Positions 55,905 to 64,000 of a stretch of DNA of 64,000 nt are shown here, piece by piece. Both the position numbers and the translations under genes were made by a program. How positions within the stretch are numbered: the first letter of the stretch is position 1; each line of letters begins with the position of its first letter. Source of the DNA: an uncultured virus (IMG/VR IMGVR_UViG_3300021559_000316) (taxonomy: Duplodnaviria > Heunggongvirae > Uroviricota > Caudoviricetes); IMG/VR virus record IMGVR_UViG_3300021559_000316. One strand, written 5' to 3'. The notes beneath the pieces are model-generated. The model ran no database searches. It saw only the letters and a program-made list of their open reading frames with translations, and was not told the DNA's origin.

Positions 55905-56560
55905 CGCTTTGGTTCCATCGCGATCGCATTGGTCATACGATCACGAAGCTCGCGCCAGAGGTCGGCGTCGTTGGCGAGCACCTCGCGACCAGCGGTGATC
56001 ACACTCTCTGGTCGGTTGCACCATCGTCTGACGAGATTGAACACCGGTTGCATCCGCATGATCTCTCGTCGGTCGTCGCACGCAGCTCGACGTAGCTCTG
56101 TGACGATCAGCGAGCACGAGCACTTCCCGTTCACGTCTCGGCGATCGTGGATGTCGCACAGCTCGTTGGGCGCTACAGCTTGGCGCACACCCTCTCGACG
56201 GTACGATTCATCGAGCAGCTTCTCGATCATCGGTGGCTCCCAGCCTGGTGGTTTGAGTGTCTTGCCATCGGCCCTCGTCGCGCCACCGACCTTGGTCATG
56301 TTGGCTCGGTGGACCTCTTCGAAGAAGACGTCGAGATCGATCCCGAACTCGACGGCGGTGCCGAAGACGACGTAGAGCAGATCGCACATCCCGTCGATGG
56401 CCTCGATCATGTTCCTGGCACGGATCGCGTCGACGGTTTCCTTGGCTTCTTCCTCGATCAGCTTCGCGCGCAGCTCGGGCCGTGACCAGACCGGCTTGTC
56501 ATTGACCGGGTGGCCGAACTTACGGTGGAAGTCTTCGACGAGCGATTGCATCTTGTTCAC
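55901..56560 (-). CDS. MazG/PRA-PH-like NTP pyrophosphohydrolase
   Basis: V.DFH..LIEEE.KE..D..CDLLYV..FEEVHRANMTK..DGK.LKP. Confidence 0.8.
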   Translation of the reverse strand: MNKMQSLVEDFHRKFGHPVNDKPVWSRPELRAKLIEEEAKETVDAIRARNMIEAIDGMCDLLYVVFGTAVEFGIDLDVFFEEVHRANMTKVGGATRADGKTLKPPGWEPPMIEKLLDESYRREGVRQAVAPNELCDIHDRRDVNGKCSCSLIVTELRRAACDDRREIMRMQPVFNLVRRWCNRPESVITAGREVLANDADLWRELRDRMTNAIAMEPKR

Positions 56561-56910
56561 TTGGCCTCCGCCTTCCGGATCGGCCGTATGCCCATGTTCA
56601 TCAGCGTGGTGATGAGGCCGACCCGATCGAATTGCAGCTCGTGGTACATGCGCGCATGCGTCTCGCCGTCGATCTTCGGTAGCGCATCGACGAATTCGTT
56701 CCACTGCCGCTCGTAGTCGTCGGGGGCGAGGTCGGTGTACACCACGTCCCACGTGAACACGCGCTCGCCGTTGCGAACGATCGCGACCACCAAGCGATCT
56801 GGCGGGACGACGGCGGTGTACAGCTCCTCCGCCTGGAACCCGAGCCTGCGTAGTGCTTGGTGCGCCGCGTACGACGCTCGAACCGTCGGATGGATGTCGT
56901 CGAACTTCAT
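56557..56910 (-). CDS. hypothetical protein
   Basis: MKFDDIHP...; ATGA coupling, GAGGT SD. Confidence 0.6.
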   Translation of the reverse strand: MKFDDIHPTVRASYAAHQALRRLGFQAEELYTAVVPPDRLVVAIVRNGERVFTWDVVYTDLAPDDYERQWNEFVDALPKIDGETHARMYHELQFDRVGLITTLMNMGIRPIRKAEAK

Positions 56911-58613
56911 GTGACCTCGAAGAGCGTCTCGCTGGCCTTGACCAATCCACGGCTGGGCTCGGTCACCAGCTCCTTGGCGGCGAGGCGCGATAGGTACGCG
57001 TCTCGCGTCGAGCGCTTGAAGCCCGTCTGCTCGTCGATCGCGGATCGATCGACGGCTTGCGGGTATGCGTCCACGAGCACCGCGAGCACGTGCCATTCGC
57101 CAGGTGGCAGCTCGTTACGCCAGAACTCGCGGAGCGCCTCGCCGGTCGGTAGCGGTTGCGCGTCCGGCATCGAATCTCGCCCGGTGAAGGTCACGAGAAC
57201 GCGATCACCAGCCTCCTGAACGAGACCCTTCTCGCGCAGCCGTGCGATGTACGCGTCGCGTGTCGAGCGCTTGTAGCCAGTGAGCACCGTGAGCTGGCGC
57301 TTCTGCAACCCGCCTTCGTACTGGATCAGCGCACGAAGCACCGCGGCCTCACCAACGGGCAGGTTTCTACCGATGACGACGGGGACCGCGTGGCCGTTGG
57401 TGAACGCCCGGATCGGCTTCTTGGCCGGCGGCGTGCTCATCGTGTGGTAGGTCTTGTCGTTGGTCAGATCCTTGAGCGAGACCTGTAGCGGCTTGCGATC
57501 CTCGATCGCTGCGGCAGCGCGCGTGACCTCCGCGAACGATCGAACACCGATCGCCGCCGACGTGAACGAATCGACCGTGCTCGACAGCTTGTCGGCGAGC
57601 GTGCCAGCCTTGCCGGCGAGCATGTCGAGTTGCTTCATCTGCTGATCGCTGATGACGCGCTTCTCGATGGTCTTGATCTTCGGCTCGGGCTGCGTCTTCT
57701 TCGCGGTACGTAGCTCGCCTTCGAGCTGACGAACCTTGGTTCGCAGCTCGCCGACGGTCTTGGCCTCTTCCTCGGCCTCGTGTGGCAGGTCAGCGAGCTG
57801 CGCGAGGATCTTCTTCACGCGATCGCGCGGCGGCGTCGGCGCCATCGCACGCTGTCCGGCCTTGGGATGCGTCGTGTGAACGTCGCCGACCTTGATGTGG
57901 GTGACGACGTCGCACAGCGCCGGCCCGAACGCGTAGAACTCGCCGGGCTTGAGCGTGCGCAGCGACAGCAGGTGCTCGCGATCGGTGAAGCCCAGCTCCG
58001 CGGCGGCGCGCTTCATGTCGATGTCGAGCCCGCAGCGGCCGATCAGCTTGTTGTTCGCCTCGGCAGCGGCGTCCTTGTGCAGCTTCGCGATGCGCTGGGT
58101 CGCGAGCACGCCGCAGAAGCCGCGCTTGCGGCCTCGCGTCATGAGGTCGATCACCGCGGAGGCGCTCTCGTTCTGTCCGGCCTCCGGGCAGAACATGTGG
58201 GCCTCGTCGATGATGACGAGGAGCGGGTGCCACAGCTCGCGTGGCGCGTTGACGAGCGATTCGAGAAACAGTCGCACGAACCGCGTGCGCTGGATCCCCA
58301 GCTCGTAGATGTCGACGATCGCCGAGACGTTCAGCTCCAAGAGCCGCCGTGCGAGGAGCGTCGCGCTCTTGACGTCGGCCGGGCAATCGCCGCCCTTCTG
58401 GCCTGCGAGCACGTAGTCGTACTTCTCGCGCAGCGTGTGGAACTCGCCCTCGACGTCGATGACGATCTGCGGAACGCTCGCGTACGTCTGTTCGAGGAGC
58501 CGGCGGATCGCCCAGCTCTTGCCGGCACCGCTGTTGGCCTGCACGAGCAGCCGCGACTCGATCAGCTTGTCGACGTCGATCGGTTGGTTGGGTCCGAGCT
58601 TGGGCTGCATCAT
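56907..58613 (-). CDS. HerA/FtsK-superfamily ATPase with two C-terminal winged-helix repeats
   Basis: ANSGAGKS, IDVEGEF, IIDEAH, RGRKRG..ATQR; LP.GE..VL..TG.KRSTRDAY..RL twice. Confidence 0.85.
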   Translation of the reverse strand: MMQPKLGPNQPIDVDKLIESRLLVQANSGAGKSWAIRRLLEQTYASVPQIVIDVEGEFHTLREKYDYVLAGQKGGDCPADVKSATLLARRLLELNVSAIVDIYELGIQRTRFVRLFLESLVNAPRELWHPLLVIIDEAHMFCPEAGQNESASAVIDLMTRGRKRGFCGVLATQRIAKLHKDAAAEANNKLIGRCGLDIDMKRAAAELGFTDREHLLSLRTLKPGEFYAFGPALCDVVTHIKVGDVHTTHPKAGQRAMAPTPPRDRVKKILAQLADLPHEAEEEAKTVGELRTKVRQLEGELRTAKKTQPEPKIKTIEKRVISDQQMKQLDMLAGKAGTLADKLSSTVDSFTSAAIGVRSFAEVTRAAAAIEDRKPLQVSLKDLTNDKTYHTMSTPPAKKPIRAFTNGHAVPVVIGRNLPVGEAAVLRALIQYEGGLQKRQLTVLTGYKRSTRDAYIARLREKGLVQEAGDRVLVTFTGRDSMPDAQPLPTGEALREFWRNELPPGEWHVLAVLVDAYPQAVDRSAIDEQTGFKRSTRDAYLSRLAAKELVTEPSRGLVKASETLFEVT

Positions 58614-58996
58614 GGTCTTGTCTTGATCAGGAACCGTAGCCGCATGATCGACGATAATGTGACCGCGTAGATCTCCTCGATCGGACTGCGGCCGGGCCCG
58701 TGCTCTTCGAGCCAGTTGCGGAGGTAGACTGCAGCGTCGAGCAGCTCCTGGTACGCGTCGACGAGGTGATCGCGGCCGTTGAATGGCGCGAGCGGAGTGC
58801 CATAACGCTCGCGTCCAATACGATCTCGCGTTTCCATGTCAGCGACGATCGCGGCGCATAGCTCGGCATCACATCCAGCGTCGCGAAGATCCTTGGGTAT
58901 CGCGTCGAACGTGCTGCGAATGTTAGCGATCACGATTGGCCACGTCGGCGGGTGCCCCGTATTCTGTGCTGGTGGTGGTTGATCGTCGATCGTCAT
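58610..58996 (-). CDS. conserved phage protein (MazG-like helical)
   Basis: DQPPP..R..IG.ERYGTPL..NGRD.L.DAYQELLD.AVY. Confidence 0.65.
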   Translation of the reverse strand: MTIDDQPPPAQNTGHPPTWPIVIANIRSTFDAIPKDLRDAGCDAELCAAIVADMETRDRIGRERYGTPLAPFNGRDHLVDAYQELLDAAVYLRNWLEEHGPGRSPIEEIYAVTLSSIMRLRFLIKTRP

Positions 58997-59628
58997 GGTG
59001 ATTTCGCTCCCTTCACGATGGTCAGCTTGCCGACGTCGTGCTTGATCGCGGGCGGCAAGGCGTACGCGGCCTGGTAGAGCCCGCGCTTCCACGCGATGGT
59101 GAACGCTCGACGCTGGCGATCGTTGATGTCTCCCGCGAGCTGCGCCGTCGTGCCGATCGAATCGCGGCAGCGGTACTCCAGCACGAGATCGTAGACGGCT
59201 TCGGGAAGCATCCGCGAGACCGGCCCGACGAGGATCGCGTTGTAGACTTCGCCGCCGCCGGCGCTCTTGGCGATCAAGATCTGCAAGCACCGGAACGCTG
59301 CACGGAACATCGGCGATGGGCTCGTGGCCAACAGATCCTGTGCTCGCCAGTAGGTCTCGTGATCGTCGCTACGATGCGTGCACACGGTTCGCAGCCAGCC
59401 ACCGAAGGTGGGCTCGCACCGCTCGTCGCGATAGGCGATCGTCGACGCTAGCTCGACCGCGTTCCAGCCGTCGCGCCACGCCGGCCGGAACCAGCCACCT
59501 GCGTTGTTGTCGAGGCTGTACTCGGCGATCACCGACGCCAGCTCGTCTAGCTCGCCGTCGCGATCGGCGGCCTGCGGGCGACGTTGTGCGCGCTTGATGC
59601 CCTTCCGCGGTGACTTGCACTTCGCCAC
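58993..59628 (-). CDS. hypothetical protein
   Basis: 211 aa, coupled to the downstream gene. Confidence 0.6.
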   Translation of the reverse strand: MAKCKSPRKGIKRAQRRPQAADRDGELDELASVIAEYSLDNNAGGWFRPAWRDGWNAVELASTIAYRDERCEPTFGGWLRTVCTHRSDDHETYWRAQDLLATSPSPMFRAAFRCLQILIAKSAGGGEVYNAILVGPVSRMLPEAVYDLVLEYRCRDSIGTTAQLAGDINDRQRRAFTIAWKRGLYQAAYALPPAIKHDVGKLTIVKGAKSP

Positions 59629-59645
59629 CCCTCGCTTCTACATGA

Positions 59646-62081
59646 TCAGTCCGACATCGAGCTGAGCCCGCCGTCGATCGGCGTCAAGCGCGGGTCGTCC
59701 TTGCGCCAGAACTTGTAGGTCTTCTGACGATCGCGAATGTTGATCTCGACGTCGAACTCGCGAGCTACATGCGGTGATCGGATCTTCTGCGCGAGCATGC
59801 GCGCCGACTTGTAGAACGCGATGCCGTCGGAGTCGGCGACGAACTTGACCTCGTTGTACAGCTCGAACAGCGTCACCTCGCGGCCGATGCTGCAGTAGCC
59901 ACGGGCGCGGTGGACGATCCACTTGTGGAGCAGCTCGACGAGGGGATCTTCCTCGCAGATGAACGCGTCGCGCTCGCTGGCGAGCGCCGTCATGAGATCG
60001 GAGACGTCGTCGCGGCTCCAGTGGAGCACGGCGCCGACGGCGCGAGCGAACGCGGCGAAGTCAGCCATTCGCGTCGTCTCGTTCTCCTCGGCGTCGCCGT
60101 TGGTCGTGCGTAGGTACTCGACAATCTCGTTGACGTACCAGATGTACTCGCCGAGGAGCTGGGGCCGCATGTCCAGGATCTCGTGCCTCAGCGCTTCAAA
60201 CCGGCGGAAGTTGTCGCGGCGTTCGAGCCGGATGATGATCTGCCGATCGGCGACGTCCTCACGACGGAAGCTGGCTGGGTTCTTCGACGCGACGGCTACG
60301 AACGCGTGCGGCTTGATCGTGATCTCGTCGGCGTCGGTGTAGAGCTTGCGCTTGGCCCAGTAGCCCTGCGTCGTGTACGCGCAGATCGCGTCGGGGACCC
60401 ACTCGATGTAGCTGTCGGTGTTGTCGAACACCGCGATCGGAGAGCGCAGGAGCATCACGCCGAAGTCGTCTTCCTTGTTCTTCGAGAGGATCATCGGCCG
60501 GCTGACGCCGAGAAGTGCGAGCTGGAGCAACTGCACCGACGCTGACTTGCCAGAGTTGTGTACGACGAATTTGTTAGCGACGAAATTTCTAGGCTCGTTC
60601 TCGACGGTGATGTCGTACGTCTGCTTAACCCCGACACGTTCGATCTTGGTGACGATATCGATGGTCGCCACGAATGCTAGATTCTGGTTGTCGCGTGCGT
60701 GCTCTCGTGCGTGATCGGCGTGTGAAAGCAGCTCAAGGTTCGTCGGATCATCGTTGAGCGGATTTTCGTCTCGGTGGTGAACATCGACCTCTTTGGGAAG
60801 AAAACTGAGCCCATCAAGCGCGCCTTCGTTCAGACGATCGAGATACGCCCCTAATGAGAGCCCGTTCATTTTGGCTTCGTAGGCTGCACGTGCTCGACGA
60901 AGGCGCCGGTAACGATATGTTCCTGACGCCACTCGTACCGTCTTCCAGGGGGCAACAGGATGATGCTTGACGTAGACGTCTGGCCGCTCAACTCGTTTCG
61001 CGCCGCCAGCGCCGCCTTTACTCCGTTGAGTATTTTGGTGCACCAGGACCGAAGACCCAGCACGGAGCTGGTTTGCGGCGACATATCCCGTCGGTGTTGC
61101 GAACGGATGATCGGGGGTGCAGGTGATCGAGAGCCCGCTTTCGGTTGTGACGTGAACGCACTCCTGTTTGCCCGAATCGACGACATCGACGACGCGTTGT
61201 TGAATGATCCGGCCTGAATCGAGCATCGAAGATACAAAAAATTGCGCGTTCTTTCGTCTCTTCGAAGGCTGATCTCCCTTGAACGTGGACAGGTTGTGAA
61301 ACCGCTCGTACAGCTTCGCTAGGGTCCCACCCTTTGCGTTGCAACGTTTTCCGTCGGCGGTTCTAACCGAAAAGGAGATGAAGGCGTCGCCGGTGATGCA
61401 GCCCTGCGTACCTTCGAGCATGAGCAGGGGCTTGGTTGGCATGAGGTCAGGAAACGCGAGCGCGAAGATCCAAATCGTCAGCGCCATCCGCTGCTGCTCG
61501 GGCGTGATCCCGCCGAGGCCCGGCGTGTAGTTGAGATCCACGAGCTTGTCGAGGAGGATCCCGTGCGGGCCGATGTCGGGCTCGACGGTGACTCCCCCGT
61601 CGTCGTCGGCGAAGAACACGTCGTCGTCGCCGTTGGTGACGCACTCGGGCGTTCCCCCGTCGACGCGCCACATCCGGCCGTCGTACGACGACAGGTAGGC
61701 CGTGTGCGTCGTCGTGTTGTAGACCGCGAACCGTCTCAGCTCGGTCTTCGTTGCAGCATTGAGAGCATAGTTGTGAAGGTGGCTGTAGATGGCACGGCCC
61801 ATCGGATTCGATAGCGTGATTCCGTACATGCCATTGAGATAGGCTGTGATGTCTTCGCCTGGATGGCCGAACGGCACGTGGAAGATCCGGCGTAGGAACC
61901 CGACGAACATGTAGAGCCGGCCGTCGGACTTCATGAAGTAGCTGCCGGCGGCGGTCTCGATGCCGAGGATGTAGTTCCAGACCGCGACGTTCCTGCGATC
62001 GGCGTTCGGGTACACCAGGAGCATCGTCCGCATCGCGCGCATCCTGTGAAGCGCGGCAAGGTCGGGCGACAGAAGAGACAC
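59646..62081 (-). CDS. primase-associated P-loop helicase with an intein in Walker A
   Basis: spliced LLMLEGTQG|SGKS; AVFDN; RKLYTD.DE; D.ADR; RMADFA. Confidence 0.85.
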   Translation of the reverse strand: MSLLSPDLAALHRMRAMRTMLLVYPNADRRNVAVWNYILGIETAAGSYFMKSDGRLYMFVGFLRRIFHVPFGHPGEDITAYLNGMYGITLSNPMGRAIYSHLHNYALNAATKTELRRFAVYNTTTHTAYLSSYDGRMWRVDGGTPECVTNGDDDVFFADDDGGVTVEPDIGPHGILLDKLVDLNYTPGLGGITPEQQRMALTIWIFALAFPDLMPTKPLLMLEGTQGCITGDAFISFSVRTADGKRCNAKGGTLAKLYERFHNLSTFKGDQPSKRRKNAQFFVSSMLDSGRIIQQRVVDVVDSGKQECVHVTTESGLSITCTPDHPFATPTGYVAANQLRAGSSVLVHQNTQRSKGGAGGAKRVERPDVYVKHHPVAPWKTVRVASGTYRYRRLRRARAAYEAKMNGLSLGAYLDRLNEGALDGLSFLPKEVDVHHRDENPLNDDPTNLELLSHADHAREHARDNQNLAFVATIDIVTKIERVGVKQTYDITVENEPRNFVANKFVVHNSGKSASVQLLQLALLGVSRPMILSKNKEDDFGVMLLRSPIAVFDNTDSYIEWVPDAICAYTTQGYWAKRKLYTDADEITIKPHAFVAVASKNPASFRREDVADRQIIIRLERRDNFRRFEALRHEILDMRPQLLGEYIWYVNEIVEYLRTTNGDAEENETTRMADFAAFARAVGAVLHWSRDDVSDLMTALASERDAFICEEDPLVELLHKWIVHRARGYCSIGREVTLFELYNEVKFVADSDGIAFYKSARMLAQKIRSPHVAREFDVEINIRDRQKTYKFWRKDDPRLTPIDGGLSSMSD
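60555..61400 (-). mobile_element. intein with HNH endonuclease (282 aa)
   Basis: starts CITGDA; CTPDHPF block B; VHHRDENPLNDDPTNLELL...H...H; ends TYDITV..NFVAN.FVVHN followed by S. Confidence 0.92.
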
Positions 62082-62121
62082 GGGCCGAAGATGCTACGCC
62101 GCCGGTACGTCATCGGGCGCG

Positions 62122-63699
62122 TTGACGTACCCGTTTGCTAAGGTGTCCGCGGTGCTCAAGCCCTCGCGTCGCCCCGACTGGTTCACCACGGACCAGGAGA
62201 CCGCAGCCAAGCTCGGGAACGGCGTGCCGGGCATCAAGTTCGTAGAGCGTTCCAGGGGTTGGGAGATCCATCGCAGCCACCTGCCGCTGCTCGATGATCC
62301 GCAAGCACGCGAGATCATTATGTCTTCGCCGCAGCCCGATTGGGCGGCGCGCGATCTCGCGACCGCGGATCGCAAGTTCAAGCTGCGCAACGTGCAGCAC
62401 GCCGCGGTCGACTTCATCACGCGGCGCCGCGGCACGCTCCTCGGCGACGATCCGCGCGTCGGCAAGACGCTCGCCGCGATCATGAGCCACGATCCGAGCA
62501 CGGGGCCGCTCGTCGTGATCTGCCCGGCGATGGTGCGTCCGGTGTGGCTCGGCTGGCTCGGCAAGGTGTTCCCCGACGAGCCCGTCGGCGTGTTCGTCGG
62601 CCGCGAGTTCGACCACAAGGTCGTGCAGCACAAGCTCATCGTCGGGCACTACGACATCTTGGCGTGGTGGCAGTCGGCGCGGCCGATCGGGACGATCGTG
62701 TTCGACGAGGCGCACACGCTCACCAATCGTGCGTCGCGCCGATCGAAGGCGGCGATCTTCCTCGCGACCCGCGCCAGCCGCGTGATCTGCGCGACCGGCA
62801 CACCGATCTGGAACATGCCGACGGATCTGTGGAACGTGCTCGGGCTCGTTGCGCCGGACGCGTTCGGCGGCTTCCACGAGTTCGCGCAGCGCTACGGGCT
62901 GCCGATCCCGTCGGCGTACGGCACCAAGTACACCGGGATCTCTAACGAGCAGGAGCTACGAGCGCGGCTTTCGGAGGTGATGATCCGGCGCAGGTGGGTC
63001 GACGTCGCCGACGATCTGCCGCCGATCTCGCGCAATGTGTCGCTCGTCCAGCTCGACGATTCCGAGACGCGTCGGCTCGATCTCATGGCGGCCGAGATCG
63101 TGTCCGACAGGGCCCGTGCGACGACGATCGGGCTCCTATCGCGCTACCGCGCCAAGATCTCCCACATCAAGGGCCCCGTCGCCGTTCGCGAGGCGTGCGC
63201 GATGCTCGACCGCGGCGAGCCCGTCGTCATCTGGACGTGGCACCGCGAGCTGGCAGAGAGCATCGCGGCTGATCTCGGCGAGCGCGCGTTCCTCGTCACC
63301 GGCGACGTCGTGACGAGCAAGCGCGACGCGGCGATCGCAGCGTGGAACGCGCACCCGGCTGCTGCGCTCGTGTGCACGATGGCGGTCGCGCAGGTCGGCC
63401 TCGATTTCTCCCACGCGCACCTAGCGATCTTCGCCGAGATCGACTACACGCCCGCGATCTTGGCGCAGGCCGAGATGCGTACGTACGCGCCGACGCGGCC
63501 GATGAACATCACCTACGTCGTCGCGAACCACATGATCGATCAGCGCATCGTGGTCGCGCTCACCAAGAAGCTCGACGCGTCGAACCCGTTGGGCGTCGGC
63601 GCGGCCAGCGAGACGATCTTCGCGCTCGACGTCACCCTGAACGGCCCCGTCGAAGAACCCGACATGGATCGGCTGCTAGCTGATATCTTGTCGTCGTAG
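62122..63699 (+). CDS. SNF2-family (HARP-like) helicase
   Basis: GDDPRVGKT, VICPA, FDEAH, TGTP.WN, MIRR, DLPP, GLD, QAE.R. Confidence 0.9.
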   Translation: MTYPFAKVSAVLKPSRRPDWFTTDQETAAKLGNGVPGIKFVERSRGWEIHRSHLPLLDDPQAREIIMSSPQPDWAARDLATADRKFKLRNVQHAAVDFITRRRGTLLGDDPRVGKTLAAIMSHDPSTGPLVVICPAMVRPVWLGWLGKVFPDEPVGVFVGREFDHKVVQHKLIVGHYDILAWWQSARPIGTIVFDEAHTLTNRASRRSKAAIFLATRASRVICATGTPIWNMPTDLWNVLGLVAPDAFGGFHEFAQRYGLPIPSAYGTKYTGISNEQELRARLSEVMIRRRWVDVADDLPPISRNVSLVQLDDSETRRLDLMAAEIVSDRARATTIGLLSRYRAKISHIKGPVAVREACAMLDRGEPVVIWTWHRELAESIAADLGERAFLVTGDVVTSKRDAAIAAWNAHPAAALVCTMAVAQVGLDFSHAHLAIFAEIDYTPAILAQAEMRTYAPTRPMNITYVVANHMIDQRIVVALTKKLDASNPLGVGAASETIFALDVTLNGPVEEPDMDRLLADILSS

Positions 63700-63705
63700 G
63701 CAGCC

Positions 63706-63999
63706 ATGGAACACGAACGTACCAACGGCCACGATCTCGACGCGTTCTGGATCAAGCACAACGACTTCATCGAGCGGATCTACAAGAAGCACCCCGGGCT
63801 TCGGAAGCTACGACCACAAGGTTGGACGTACGACGAGAAGGTGACGTTCTTCATCCAGGAGCCGACGCGGATCCACGCCCACTGGCAGCTCGTCATCAAC
63901 GACATCGAGCTGCGCGAAGAGGCCAGGCCCCTGATCGCGCCGCTGCGGCCGAAGTACAACGGTATCGACGGTGTGCTCGTGCTGTCTCCGGTTCAGTAG
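63706..63999 (+). CDS. hypothetical protein
   Basis: 97 aa, follows the helicase. Confidence 0.55.
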   Translation: MEHERTNGHDLDAFWIKHNDFIERIYKKHPGLRKLRPQGWTYDEKVTFFIQEPTRIHAHWQLVINDIELREEARPLIAPLRPKYNGIDGVLVLSPVQ

Positions 64000-64000
64000 C

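Overview
GC-rich, gene-dense fragment of what looks like a bacterial virus or provirus. There are no cellular housekeeping genes, and no terminase, portal, HK97 capsid or tail-tube gene is recognisable in the window. Layout: (1) 1-6.6 kb, small leftward early-type ORFs and an AT-rich divergent control region. (2) 6.6-25 kb, lysis genes (GH25 lysozyme, holin-like protein, membrane-anchored lytic transglycosylase) interleaved with a nucleotide-sugar/glycosyltransferase/methyltransferase kit (galE, rmlB, rmlD, GT2, GT25, SunS-like GT-TPR). (3) 25-32 kb, four paralogous Ser/Thr/Gly-rich fibre-like genes and a 787-aa GXT collagen. (4) 32-49 kb, a virion module with two candidate single-jelly-roll capsid proteins, many small membrane proteins, a membrane-anchored transglutaminase-fold Cys enzyme and a membrane-anchored kinase. 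About 15 proteins, mostly from this module, share a G-L-G/L-G-D motif. (5) 49-64 kb, regulators, MazG-like pyrophosphatase, HerA-like ATPase, an intein-containing helicase and an SNF2 helicase. Best hypothesis: an unusually large tailless, internal-membrane virus of Halopanivirales/Sphaerolipovirus type, with a GLG-directed proteolytic maturation system and glycosylated collagen fibres. Other notable items are a tRNA-like element in the capsid mRNA leader, pervasive leaderless promoters, an intein in a tiny HiPIP-like protein, and a homing endonuclease that has duplicated the end of its neighbour. All family calls come from motif recognition by eye; no searches were run. Many starts were moved from the ORF track using stop/start overlaps or promoter spacing.
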